Positions 36,187 to 44,459 of a DNA stretch of 64,000 bases are shown here, piece after piece. The DNA comes from a virus. Its lineage: Duplodnaviria; Heunggongvirae; Uroviricota; Caudoviricetes. Every line of letters starts with the position of its first letter. The stretch's first letter is position 1. A model generated the notes under the pieces. It had not been told where the DNA came from. It did not search any database and was given only the letters and a program-made list of their open reading frames with translations. Location of the stretch: the IMG/VR virus record IMGVR_UViG_3300036768_001066; one strand, written 5' to 3'. A program made the position numbers and the translations under genes.

Positions 36187-36969
36187 ATGGGTTTATCCAA
36201 AGAGAGCAAAGACCGCATCAAGAAGAACGGCAAGAAGAAGCTGTCCAACTACGAAATGCAGGAAGCATACGACGACGCGAAGGTGGTACAAGAGTTCACT
36301 CACTTCAAAAAGGTGGTTCTTTCGCCGAAGCAGCAGGACTTGTACAAGGGTATATCGAAAAGCGTAATCACAACCATCACCGGTCCCCCGGGAACGTCGA
36401 AGACATTCACTGCATGTTATGCAGCGGTCGAGGCTCTGCGCAAGGGTGAGATAAAGAAGATCTACCTGGTGAAGCCGCTCGAAACTTCCGGAGAGGAAAC
36501 TGGATTCCTACCTGGCGACCTCGACGAAAAGGTAGCACCGTTTGTAGCATCGTTCCTCGACAACCTCAACGAGATGATGGAGCCCAAGGACCTTAAGTCC
36601 GCTATGTTCTCCAAGGTAATAGAATTCGTTCCTATCGCGTTCATGCGCGGCCGTACGCTTAAGGACTGCTACATCATTGCCGATGAGCTCCAGAACTGCG
36701 ACGTGAAGCAGCTGCTCACACTCGTAACGAGGATGGGCAAGAACACCAAGATGATGCTCATAGGAGACCAGCACCAGAACGACATCAACAAGAGGTACGT
36801 TGCGTTCGACTTCTTCATAGAGAAGATCCTCGGCGAGGACGAACTCGTATTCAACTTCAAGTTCACAAGGGAAGACATCGTGCGTCACCCGCTGCTCATA
36901 AAGATAGTGGACAACTACGAGAAGGCGCAGGCGGAAGGATCCCTGCCCGACACAAAGAACAAGAATTAA
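36187..36969 (+). CDS. phoH: PhoH-like ATPase
   Basis: ITGPPGTSKTF Walker A, IIADELQN Walker B-like, MLIGDQHQNDI, and overall PhoH family length and order. Confidence 0.85.
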   Translation: MGLSKESKDRIKKNGKKKLSNYEMQEAYDDAKVVQEFTHFKKVVLSPKQQDLYKGISKSVITTITGPPGTSKTFTACYAAVEALRKGEIKKIYLVKPLETSGEETGFLPGDLDEKVAPFVASFLDNLNEMMEPKDLKSAMFSKVIEFVPIAFMRGRTLKDCYIIADELQNCDVKQLLTLVTRMGKNTKMMLIGDQHQNDINKRYVAFDFFIEKILGEDELVFNFKFTREDIVRHPLLIKIVDNYEKAQAEGSLPDTKNKN

Positions 36970-37248
36970 ATGAGAAACATAAAGCCATACTACGACCTGC
37001 CCAACATGCCAGAGGGGACGCACAAGGGAAGCATAAAAGGATACGAGGTGTACATGGACGGGATAGACTCCGGGTTCAAAGCCACCACCGGGTACAGGAA
37101 CATGTACCCGATACCGTGCGTCGTGGTGGTCAAAGGCGGACAGGCCCTGGCGTACTCAAGGCACGGGATTCTCTTCTCGTCAGAGGCGGCGCAAACGGCC
37201 TGGAAGAGCAAGTTCGATGACACCTTCACGAACACCCTGGTTGGATAA
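36970..37248 (+). CDS. small hypothetical protein
   Basis: 92-aa ORF directly abutting phoH. Confidence 0.45.
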   Translation: MRNIKPYYDLPNMPEGTHKGSIKGYEVYMDGIDSGFKATTGYRNMYPIPCVVVVKGGQALAYSRHGILFSSEAAQTAWKSKFDDTFTNTLVG

Positions 37249-37299
37249 AAGAAAAAGCCCCAGCTTTCGCCAGGGTCTCTTCCATCAATCAAACCAAAC

Positions 37300-39402
37300 T
37301 CACAAACCAACTTTCCTTACAAAATTTCTTCCCCTGATCACGTACACTCCAGGTGTAACAGCGATCGAGTGGTATTGTTGTGTTGACGAATATACGAGGT
37401 TGCCAAGCAAGTCGTACACCTCAACCCTATCATTTTTTTCTAACGTCACACGGATCGTTCCATCGACCTTAGTGATGGTGTATCCGGTTCCGTTCGTAAA
37501 TTCACTCATGCCCGTGCTCATCCAAATAAACACGGCCGACGTATCCGAACAGCCGCTCGCATTGAATACTACGACCTGGTAGTTACCGTTTGACACTGGT
37601 GTCCACGTCTGAGTGTTTGCTGTAGGTATGATGCTACCGTTTAACAACCACTGATATGTGGAGTAAGTACCGGTTGTCAAATCCGCGCCAACCTGCGTGA
37701 TCGTAGGCGTTGGCAACGGGTTAACGGTCACAGACTGAGTGGCAGTGCCAATACATCCGTTTGAATCTGTCACGGTCAACATATAAGCTCCTGTGGAGTT
37801 GACGTTGATAGTAGAGCTCGTGCTGCCGGTTGGCGACCACGAATAGTTTGGGGCGCCAGAACCTGTCAACGTCACGCTGTCACCAGCACAGAAGGTCGTA
37901 GGACCGGACGCGGTGATGGACGCGGTAGGGTTGGCATAAACAGTTACAGTGATAGAATTAGTGGATGGAGTCGCACACCCGTTCGCAGCCACGGCATTAC
38001 AATAGTATGTGCCGGAAGTAGTCGCAGAAATTGACGACGTAGTCTGGCCTGAACTCCAAGAGTAGTTAGGAGAAGCAGAGCACAGAAGAGTTGTGCTACC
38101 ACCGTTACAAAAAGTCGTAGAGCCGAGCGCACTAATCGTTGGAGGTATAGGATTAGCCAGTGTGTTTATTACTTGAGTAACTGAATCGCGAATAAGACCA
38201 TTGATAGCGGTAAGGCAAACAGTGAACGTGCCAGCCACGAACGGAGTAGGACTGGTGTATGTCCATGCGTTAACGGTTGTGTTGGTTGATGTCGCGTAAG
38301 GTGTTCCGTTCACATACCATTGATATGATGTTGCACCTGTTGAAGTGTTTGTTGTTGTCATTGTACCAAGACCACATAGTGAACCTGGAGATGTGCTGAA
38401 AGAGGCCGCCGGGAATGGCACGCTATAACGTATGATGTTATTGGCAGCGACTACTCCGGATGAAACGGTGTTCACGCTCGTGAACGAACCTCCAATATAG
38501 AGCGAGTTGTTGTAGACTTGCATGTCTGTAACACCACCGGCAGAAATAGTCGCGATGGTGCTCGGGTTAGTGCCACTGATTATCTGAGTTGGGTCGTAAC
38601 AGTAGATTGTGCACGGAGAAGTTCCGGCAGTAAAGTACAGCTTGCCTCCGTATGTCTCGCAACGACTAATCGAGTTGTATCCGGTCAAGATAGGATCCCA
38701 TGTGGAACCGTTCTGTCTGAAAAAACCGCCAAGCGGTCCGGCACCACTCATACAAACATAAAGGTTTGTTCCACTGAATACGAAATCGGTCACGGTCTGG
38801 CCCGAGGTGATTGTAGGTCCGTACGCGGCCTGCACATTAGATGTGTTGATTGTGGTTAAACCATAGTAGGTAGCGCCCAAGTTCCATCGCCCGCCGAGGT
38901 ATAGCAACGAGCCCTGGTCCTTGATTTCAGGCGTTCCAACGGTCGAAGCATAGGTCAATGGCACGTTGGTCCACGTGGTTCCAACAAGGCGCTGCACCGA
39001 GGCGCCGGACATGTTTGAGCGGTATAGCTGGCCATTGAACCAGCATAATTGCATTTGACCTCCGAGGAATGTGCCAATCTGTGTCCACGTTCCGGAATTG
39101 CCAGTGGCAGAGTTGTAGAGGCCTTGACCCATACTTAAACCAGTGGTGTAAATTGTAGAACCAGAAGTGGCGAGGTCGCCGTACTGGTAAATTGAGTTGT
39201 ACACGTTGGTCATTGTTGTGCCGTTCCAACGGTCGATGTCGCCCGGATTGGGGTTCGTGTAATTCGTTATGTACAGATTACCGGAATAAACCTCCATGCA
39301 ATTAACCAGATAACTAACACCGGCGCCGCAAGGCAACCACGTCTGAGCGTTAATGGTACCGGCCATCAGGCCGATAGCCAACATTAGAATTGACTTTTTC
39401 AT
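37300..39402 (-). CDS. secreted repeat-rich (Ig/PKD-like NYSWS repeats) protein with T9SS C-terminal sorting domain (type A-like)
   Basis: Signal peptide MKKSILMLAIGLMAGTINAQ. T/S/G-rich beta-repeat body with recurring ...PNYSWS...GC.. units. C-terminal about 80 aa ...VEVYDLLGNLVYSSTQQYHSIAVTPGVYVIRGRNFVRKVGL has the T9SS CTD pattern. Minus strand within a plus-strand block, with atypical amino-acid composition. Confidence 0.75.
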   Translation of the reverse strand: MKKSILMLAIGLMAGTINAQTWLPCGAGVSYLVNCMEVYSGNLYITNYTNPNPGDIDRWNGTTMTNVYNSIYQYGDLATSGSTIYTTGLSMGQGLYNSATGNSGTWTQIGTFLGGQMQLCWFNGQLYRSNMSGASVQRLVGTTWTNVPLTYASTVGTPEIKDQGSLLYLGGRWNLGATYYGLTTINTSNVQAAYGPTITSGQTVTDFVFSGTNLYVCMSGAGPLGGFFRQNGSTWDPILTGYNSISRCETYGGKLYFTAGTSPCTIYCYDPTQIISGTNPSTIATISAGGVTDMQVYNNSLYIGGSFTSVNTVSSGVVAANNIIRYSVPFPAASFSTSPGSLCGLGTMTTTNTSTGATSYQWYVNGTPYATSTNTTVNAWTYTSPTPFVAGTFTVCLTAINGLIRDSVTQVINTLANPIPPTISALGSTTFCNGGSTTLLCSASPNYSWSSGQTTSSISATTSGTYYCNAVAANGCATPSTNSITVTVYANPTASITASGPTTFCAGDSVTLTGSGAPNYSWSPTGSTSSTINVNSTGAYMLTVTDSNGCIGTATQSVTVNPLPTPTITQVGADLTTGTYSTYQWLLNGSIIPTANTQTWTPVSNGNYQVVVFNASGCSDTSAVFIWMSTGMSEFTNGTGYTITKVDGTIRVTLEKNDRVEVYDLLGNLVYSSTQQYHSIAVTPGVYVIRGRNFVRKVGL

Positions 39403-39422
39403 TTTATTTTTGAGTTGATTAG

Positions 39423-39644
39423 TTACGCTTTAAGTTTTAATGCCTCCAAATTGGTGTTCCAAAAAACCTCACCCGGCTTGAAATTCACCTTGTATTTGTC
39501 GATGGCCGCCTGCAGCTTGTCTGTTGGATATTTAGAAAGGGACGCTGGGAACTTCACCTGAGTGTACGCTACCGCGCCCGGTATCCCCCATATAAGATGG
39601 TTGTCAAATTTTCTCTCGAGCTTCTTCATCTCCTTCGGTCCCAC
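39423..39644 (-). CDS. small hypothetical protein co-oriented with the T9SS cargo gene
   Basis: 73-aa ORF immediately upstream on the minus strand. Confidence 0.4.
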   Translation of the reverse strand: MGPKEMKKLERKFDNHLIWGIPGAVAYTQVKFPASLSKYPTDKLQAAIDKYKVNFKPGEVFWNTNLEALKLKA

Positions 39645-39786
39645 GGAAGGTCTTCACATTTTTAAGGGTTACAATACATTTTTCCATTTGTTTGCTTGAT
39701 TTGATATAGTAAAGATACGAACTTTATTTGAAATAAAAAACAATTTAACAAAATAATTGTAACCACTTGGCAATCAATAATATAAA

Positions 39787-39815
39787 ATGCGGAAACCTTG
39801 ACCAAATTTCCGCAT
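39787..39815. terminator. 9-bp hairpin atgcggaaa-(11 nt)-tttccgcat in AT-rich intergenic region
   Basis: Perfect 9-bp stem. T-rich on the minus-strand side, so a possible minus-strand terminator or insulator between the convergent and divergent blocks. Confidence 0.35.
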
Positions 39816-40063
39816 AAAATTGAGAATGATAAGGATAGAGACCAAGGTGGATTCGGCGCATAGTGTGTGTTCGTGTGCAACATGGCGACAAGATAAACCA
39901 CCCTGGAGGGAAACGCAGCGTATGGAAGCTGCTTCTGTGGATCCATCAAGCTGGATCGAGAGGTGTACATGCCGAAGGAAAATACGCTGTACAAATTGCT
40001 TTAATGAGACGGGGCATTTTTTCGGTCCGGATATATACTACAAAAGATAAAAACTAAACTACC

Positions 40064-40786
40064 ATGGCCGTAATTATCACAGAGATACTTGGCACGGACT
40101 CGTTCTCAGGTTCGAGGCTCACCATTAACGCCAACTTCAACTCGCTCAAGAGTGAGATAGACACCCTCGAGGCGGTGTTCAACATCTCGCTGACATCTGG
40201 TAACCTTGACGTATCTGCCGCCACAGGTGGACAGATTAAGGGAAAGGTAGGAGCATTTAACTCCATCCAGTTGCCGGCAAACGGATCTCCGACCATAACA
40301 CTGACCGGATCGAGCGGACTGATGACCGCCACATCCCTGACACTCGGATCAACACTGACGGCTACAACCGTTAATGTATCACTCGGCGGAAGCGTAACGA
40401 ACCAGGGCTCCCTGTTGCAGCAAGGGCAGGCAGACTTCCTCGACGTGGTAGCGTTACAGGGCGGTCTCGTAAACGGGTACCTCGACATCGGCGTGACAAA
40501 CACGCACACAGTGCTCAACTCCGACAGGATTATCATATTTGACGGAACCGCATCCCCGGCACTTCTGACACTATCACCAGACGGATCTCTCCTCGACGGA
40601 CACACGATAACATTGATAAAGAAGGGGACTGGCGCATGCGGACTCGACGTGGCGAACATCGTAGGCTACAACACAGGCAGCATCGACTTCGACGTCAATC
40701 CATTCAAGTCGAGCATCACGCTCATGTACAGCGTATCTAATGCTGGCTGGATTGTTATCGGTCAGAACATGATGACTCTTATCTAA
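40064..40786 (+). CDS. hypothetical virion-type protein (Thr/Ser/Gly-rich beta-repeat)
   Basis: 240-aa ORF. Motif variant gatatatactacaaaag at about 40029-40046. Confidence 0.55.
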   Translation: MAVIITEILGTDSFSGSRLTINANFNSLKSEIDTLEAVFNISLTSGNLDVSAATGGQIKGKVGAFNSIQLPANGSPTITLTGSSGLMTATSLTLGSTLTATTVNVSLGGSVTNQGSLLQQGQADFLDVVALQGGLVNGYLDIGVTNTHTVLNSDRIIIFDGTASPALLTLSPDGSLLDGHTITLIKKGTGACGLDVANIVGYNTGSIDFDVNPFKSSITLMYSVSNAGWIVIGQNMMTLI

Positions 40787-40809
40787 TAATCAAAGAAAGG
40801 AAAGTATAG

Positions 40810-42888
40810 ATGGTCACCCCATTCATAAAACCATTACAAGTACAGGGCGGAACGTTCTACACTTTCTCGTCCTCTGCAGAAGACATCGCGATGACGTTCA
40901 ACAGCAACGTCAACAAGTTCAAGTTCACGAAGTTCGCGCTCTTGAACATACCGAACATCGCCACGCCTGCGTTCTCGGACAACAAGATCCAGTTCATGGC
41001 CATCGACGGTCACATGATCAACGGTCTCGACCCGGATCAGGACGTGAACCTCGCAGAATCGTTCCAGAACTACTGTCTTAACCTCGAGGCAACCCTCGTA
41101 TCACAGGACACGTACAACCGGAACGTGAAGCAGAACATATCAGAGCGCGTATTCTTCAAGTGGCTAAAGGAACTCGGCGCAATAAGGTTCGTTGCGGCTA
41201 ACGCTATGCAGAGCACGCTAAATCAGCTCACCAACCCGAGATATACGGAGGAACCTGAGGTTCTTACGGGCCCCAACAGATACTACCGCGTGGTTCAGTA
41301 CCTCGGCGACATCGAGATAGTGAACTCCGTGCAGAACAGCACAAACGCCTACTCGGAGCTATACATACACATACCTACGTCAGACGGCAACACGCCGCTC
41401 GTCATGTTCAAGACGCTGGCGGACGCAAACTATCCGGAGGACGGGCTGTTCATAAACGAACCGGTAGACCCGCTCGACAACGAGATACTACAGGGCAGGC
41501 ACTACTACGACGTTCACCCGGCCGGACTATCAATAAATGCGTTCTTCGACCAGGACACACTGACTCAGCCACAAAGCTTCTTCTATAACACATTCACAAG
41601 CGCATACGATATACCGCAAAACTGGTATGATCCCAAGTCTGGTCCTAACGCTTACTTTACCGACCCGGTATTCACAGACGTACTTAATGACAAGATAAGG
41701 AAGATATACGGACCTACCCAAGTAGATTACATCCGCAGCAGGTTGGACGGTATCATGCTCGACTTCGACCCGAACAGCTACAAGCCGATCGTGGACAATC
41801 CGAGAATATCTACTCTGATGGAGTACAACTCCACTGTTGATGCACAGCCTTTCGAGTTCAACGCCGTACTCGTGTACTACGACGTGTACGATCCGAACAA
41901 CCCGGAGGACTTCGCAACCAACCTATACGGTGTGCTGTTCCTTGAGAACGTAGAGCAGATCTCTACGGAGTACGGGATACCACGCTTCGCGAAGTTCAAG
42001 CCAAACGTAGTAACCAAACTTAATGGTAACGCGTACGGTTTCAAACTCAATATCAAGTTTGATACCTCGGTAGATAACGTAGGTGTAGAGAAAGCAATAA
42101 ACGATTACAACACGTTTTCTATGGAGCTGTTCGTCGACACGATGAATATCCTACAGAACGCGTCAACCATACTAACAGACCAAGTTGCGGAGATTGCCGC
42201 GCTCAAGGACAAGATTCTTGAGCTCGAGTCTCTCATCATCAACCAGGAACAGTACGAAGAGCTCGATCTCAGAATAACCGAGCTGGAAGAGACACTCATC
42301 GCCAACCAAGCGATGCTGGACAACTCCGGGTCAATAATGGCCTTGATCAACAAGTACATCGACGAGCTGAACAACCTCGTGCAAGGCAGGACGAGCCTCG
42401 ACGTATCGTACAACCTTGACGTTATCAAGCAGGGACTTGGACTACTCGTTGACAGGAGCACTCCGAACCAGGTTACGCTATCTAACACCAACCAAGCATT
42501 CAACATCCAGTCTACAGTGCCTTACCAGGGTGACGTATCGACCGGACTCACCGTGGTTCTGCAGCCATTCACAAACTACTTCAGGCACTTCACAAATGGC
42601 CTGACTATAACGGCGACGGGCGACATCTACCTAAGGATAGAAGACAAGAGCACGAGATGGCAGCGCGGACAAACATTTAGGCTGGTGTTCGAGGACATAC
42701 TCGACATGAGCACGTACAGCATTCTCCTCGTCACAGACTCGGAGAACAGACTCGGTGCTGGATCTTACGGGGTCATAATAGGAGCGCTCACCGGAGCGCA
42801 GTTCGACGACGCCGGAGACAAACCAATATTCGACATCACCTGTGTGGACCCGGACAACTACGTTTTCATAATAGACCAGATACGATAA
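40810..42888 (+). CDS. probable virion structural protein (692 aa; C-terminal coiled coil)
   Basis: Long ORF. Coiled-coil segment ...VAEIAALKDKILELESLIINQEQYEELDLRITELEETLIANQAML.... Confidence 0.65.
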   Translation: MVTPFIKPLQVQGGTFYTFSSSAEDIAMTFNSNVNKFKFTKFALLNIPNIATPAFSDNKIQFMAIDGHMINGLDPDQDVNLAESFQNYCLNLEATLVSQDTYNRNVKQNISERVFFKWLKELGAIRFVAANAMQSTLNQLTNPRYTEEPEVLTGPNRYYRVVQYLGDIEIVNSVQNSTNAYSELYIHIPTSDGNTPLVMFKTLADANYPEDGLFINEPVDPLDNEILQGRHYYDVHPAGLSINAFFDQDTLTQPQSFFYNTFTSAYDIPQNWYDPKSGPNAYFTDPVFTDVLNDKIRKIYGPTQVDYIRSRLDGIMLDFDPNSYKPIVDNPRISTLMEYNSTVDAQPFEFNAVLVYYDVYDPNNPEDFATNLYGVLFLENVEQISTEYGIPRFAKFKPNVVTKLNGNAYGFKLNIKFDTSVDNVGVEKAINDYNTFSMELFVDTMNILQNASTILTDQVAEIAALKDKILELESLIINQEQYEELDLRITELEETLIANQAMLDNSGSIMALINKYIDELNNLVQGRTSLDVSYNLDVIKQGLGLLVDRSTPNQVTLSNTNQAFNIQSTVPYQGDVSTGLTVVLQPFTNYFRHFTNGLTITATGDIYLRIEDKSTRWQRGQTFRLVFEDILDMSTYSILLVTDSENRLGAGSYGVIIGALTGAQFDDAGDKPIFDITCVDPDNYVFIIDQIR

Positions 42889-42890
42889 TA

Positions 42891-42925
42891 AAAAGCCGCT
42901 TCGAGAGCGGCTTTTTATTTTTGGT
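42891..42925. terminator. bidirectional rho-independent terminator (aaaaagccgct-tcgag-agcggcttttt)
   Basis: A run, stem, T run between convergent genes 40810..42888 (+) and 42938..43381 (-). Confidence 0.75.
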
Positions 42926-42937
42926 TTAAGTCCGGTA

Positions 42938-43381
42938 TTATTTGATGCGGTCCATCAACTGGTTGGCGAAAGCAATCTCTCCATGACCCGCGAATTTTTT
43001 AGCAAGCTCGATGGTCTGCTGCTTGTGACCGTGGCCGGTTACATTAACGCGTGGCGTCTTCGCTTTTTTCGGCTGAGGTTTGATCACCTGCCTGCTTCCG
43101 TATTTGTATTGGGTGCTGTATTTAACCGCGTCCTCGACTACAGATGGGATCGATGGATTCTTGCGTCCGATCCAACGGTAGCGACCGTCTTCCATTCTCT
43201 CGAGGTACCCGGCTGAAATGAGCGATCTTCCGATGATGCGGCAAATTTTGTGCTTCTTGCAGATGCGTTCGAGGTTCAATTTGCGAGGATTTTTGATGGA
43301 TGTCCGTTTATAGATTTCGGACACGGCGGCCTCGTGGCCTTCTTGGTTTCTTTTCATTTTCTTGTTTTTTGAGTTATACAA
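42938..43381 (-). CDS. basic hypothetical protein (possible DNA-binding)
   Basis: 147-aa ORF, K/R-rich. Confidence 0.5.
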   Translation of the reverse strand: MYNSKNKKMKRNQEGHEAAVSEIYKRTSIKNPRKLNLERICKKHKICRIIGRSLISAGYLERMEDGRYRWIGRKNPSIPSVVEDAVKYSTQYKYGSRQVIKPQPKKAKTPRVNVTGHGHKQQTIELAKKFAGHGEIAFANQLMDRIK

Positions 43382-43414
43382 ACAAAGATAAAGACTTTAT
43401 TGACAAAATAAAAG

Positions 43415-44380
43415 TTATATGGAAATAGGTTCTGGCATCGGGTTGTCCCACTCGAAGTCGATCTTCCTGGCGGTGCCTTGGCAGTATTTGGTTGCGAGGG
43501 ATTCGAGCTTGGTCCGCATGTCTTGACCGAGACGCCTCTTATACCAGTCTTCAAAGATGGCCTTGTATAGCAGTAGGAACGTGGGGCCGACCGGGGCCGG
43601 CAGCATGTTGTGCTCTATGTACCAAGCCTTACCATCGACATCTACGGCTATATCGAACCCGGAGAAATTCAGGCCGGGATTGTCGGCGAATATGTACTTT
43701 ATTATCTTCGCGGATGCGTCTATGATTGCCTTCTCCTTGGCCGGGTCGAGCAGGGTCCACTTGAATTTTGTATTGGGGCGGTTCTTGAGATCCTCCTTGG
43801 ACAATGCTTCGTCCACGCGGAGGTCCTTGGCCTTTTCGTTCTTGGGCGATTTCTCGAGTATCTGTAGGACCTGAATCGTATCGTTGGACTTGCCCCTGAA
43901 GGCAACTATCCTGAATTCCCTGTCTATCGGGATGATCTCCTGCACTATGTCGATGTAGTCCGGCACATCCCTCTTCTTGTCTATCTTCTCAACGCCCTTG
44001 GAATCGTACGAATTGGCGGCCTTGCATATAGCAGGGAACTTCACCCCACCCCACCCGTCATCGGCGGTAAACGCCGTCTTTGGCAGCCAAGACACGCCGT
44101 CAGCAACGAGCTTTCTGAGCGTATTCAGCTTGCCGAGCTTAATTTCTGTGTAGTTGTTATAGAGGTTTCTGGTGAACGCTTTCTGCAAATTCAGGAACTG
44201 TTTCGAGTCTGCAGCCCAATCGTAAACGAGCACCGGCGTGCCCAGGTCGCACTTTTGCACTATCAAAAAGGTGCCGAAATGGTCGGATTCTGGCTGGCCG
44301 TAGAATGCTTTGACGTCACCAGTGTTGAATATCTGGACCATCTCTGAATCGCCGGAAAACTTATCGAAATCATTGACCAT
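43415..44380 (-). CDS. ATP-grasp fold enzyme
   Basis: C-terminal ...GFDIAVDVDGKAWYIEHNMLPAPVG matches the ATP-grasp Mg/ATP-binding motif (D...G..y.lE.N..P). Confidence 0.5.
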   Translation of the reverse strand: MVNDFDKFSGDSEMVQIFNTGDVKAFYGQPESDHFGTFLIVQKCDLGTPVLVYDWAADSKQFLNLQKAFTRNLYNNYTEIKLGKLNTLRKLVADGVSWLPKTAFTADDGWGGVKFPAICKAANSYDSKGVEKIDKKRDVPDYIDIVQEIIPIDREFRIVAFRGKSNDTIQVLQILEKSPKNEKAKDLRVDEALSKEDLKNRPNTKFKWTLLDPAKEKAIIDASAKIIKYIFADNPGLNFSGFDIAVDVDGKAWYIEHNMLPAPVGPTFLLLYKAIFEDWYKRRLGQDMRTKLESLATKYCQGTARKIDFEWDNPMPEPISI

Positions 44381-44405
44381 TAAAATGGGGCTTGTTTTTA
44401 CTTGT

Positions 44406-44422
44406 AATATATATAAGTGAAG
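44406..44422. promoter_or_regulatory. aATATATATAAGtgaag motif between divergent genes
   Basis: Palindromic ATATATATA core about 35 nt upstream of the 44460 ATG and about 25 nt upstream (opposite strand) of the 44380 start. Confidence 0.4.
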
Positions 44423-44459
44423 CCCAGATTGGGCAGAAAATTTTCAAATAGGAAAAATA

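Noticed and set aside
39662-40050. ORFs 39662..39994 (-) and 39820..40050 (+) in the AT-rich region between the T9SS moron and the structural block
   Set aside because: Low-complexity, Cys/Arg-rich translations on both strands overlapping each other. The region looks like a regulatory or insulator spacer (hairpin 39787-39815, motif variant at about 40029).
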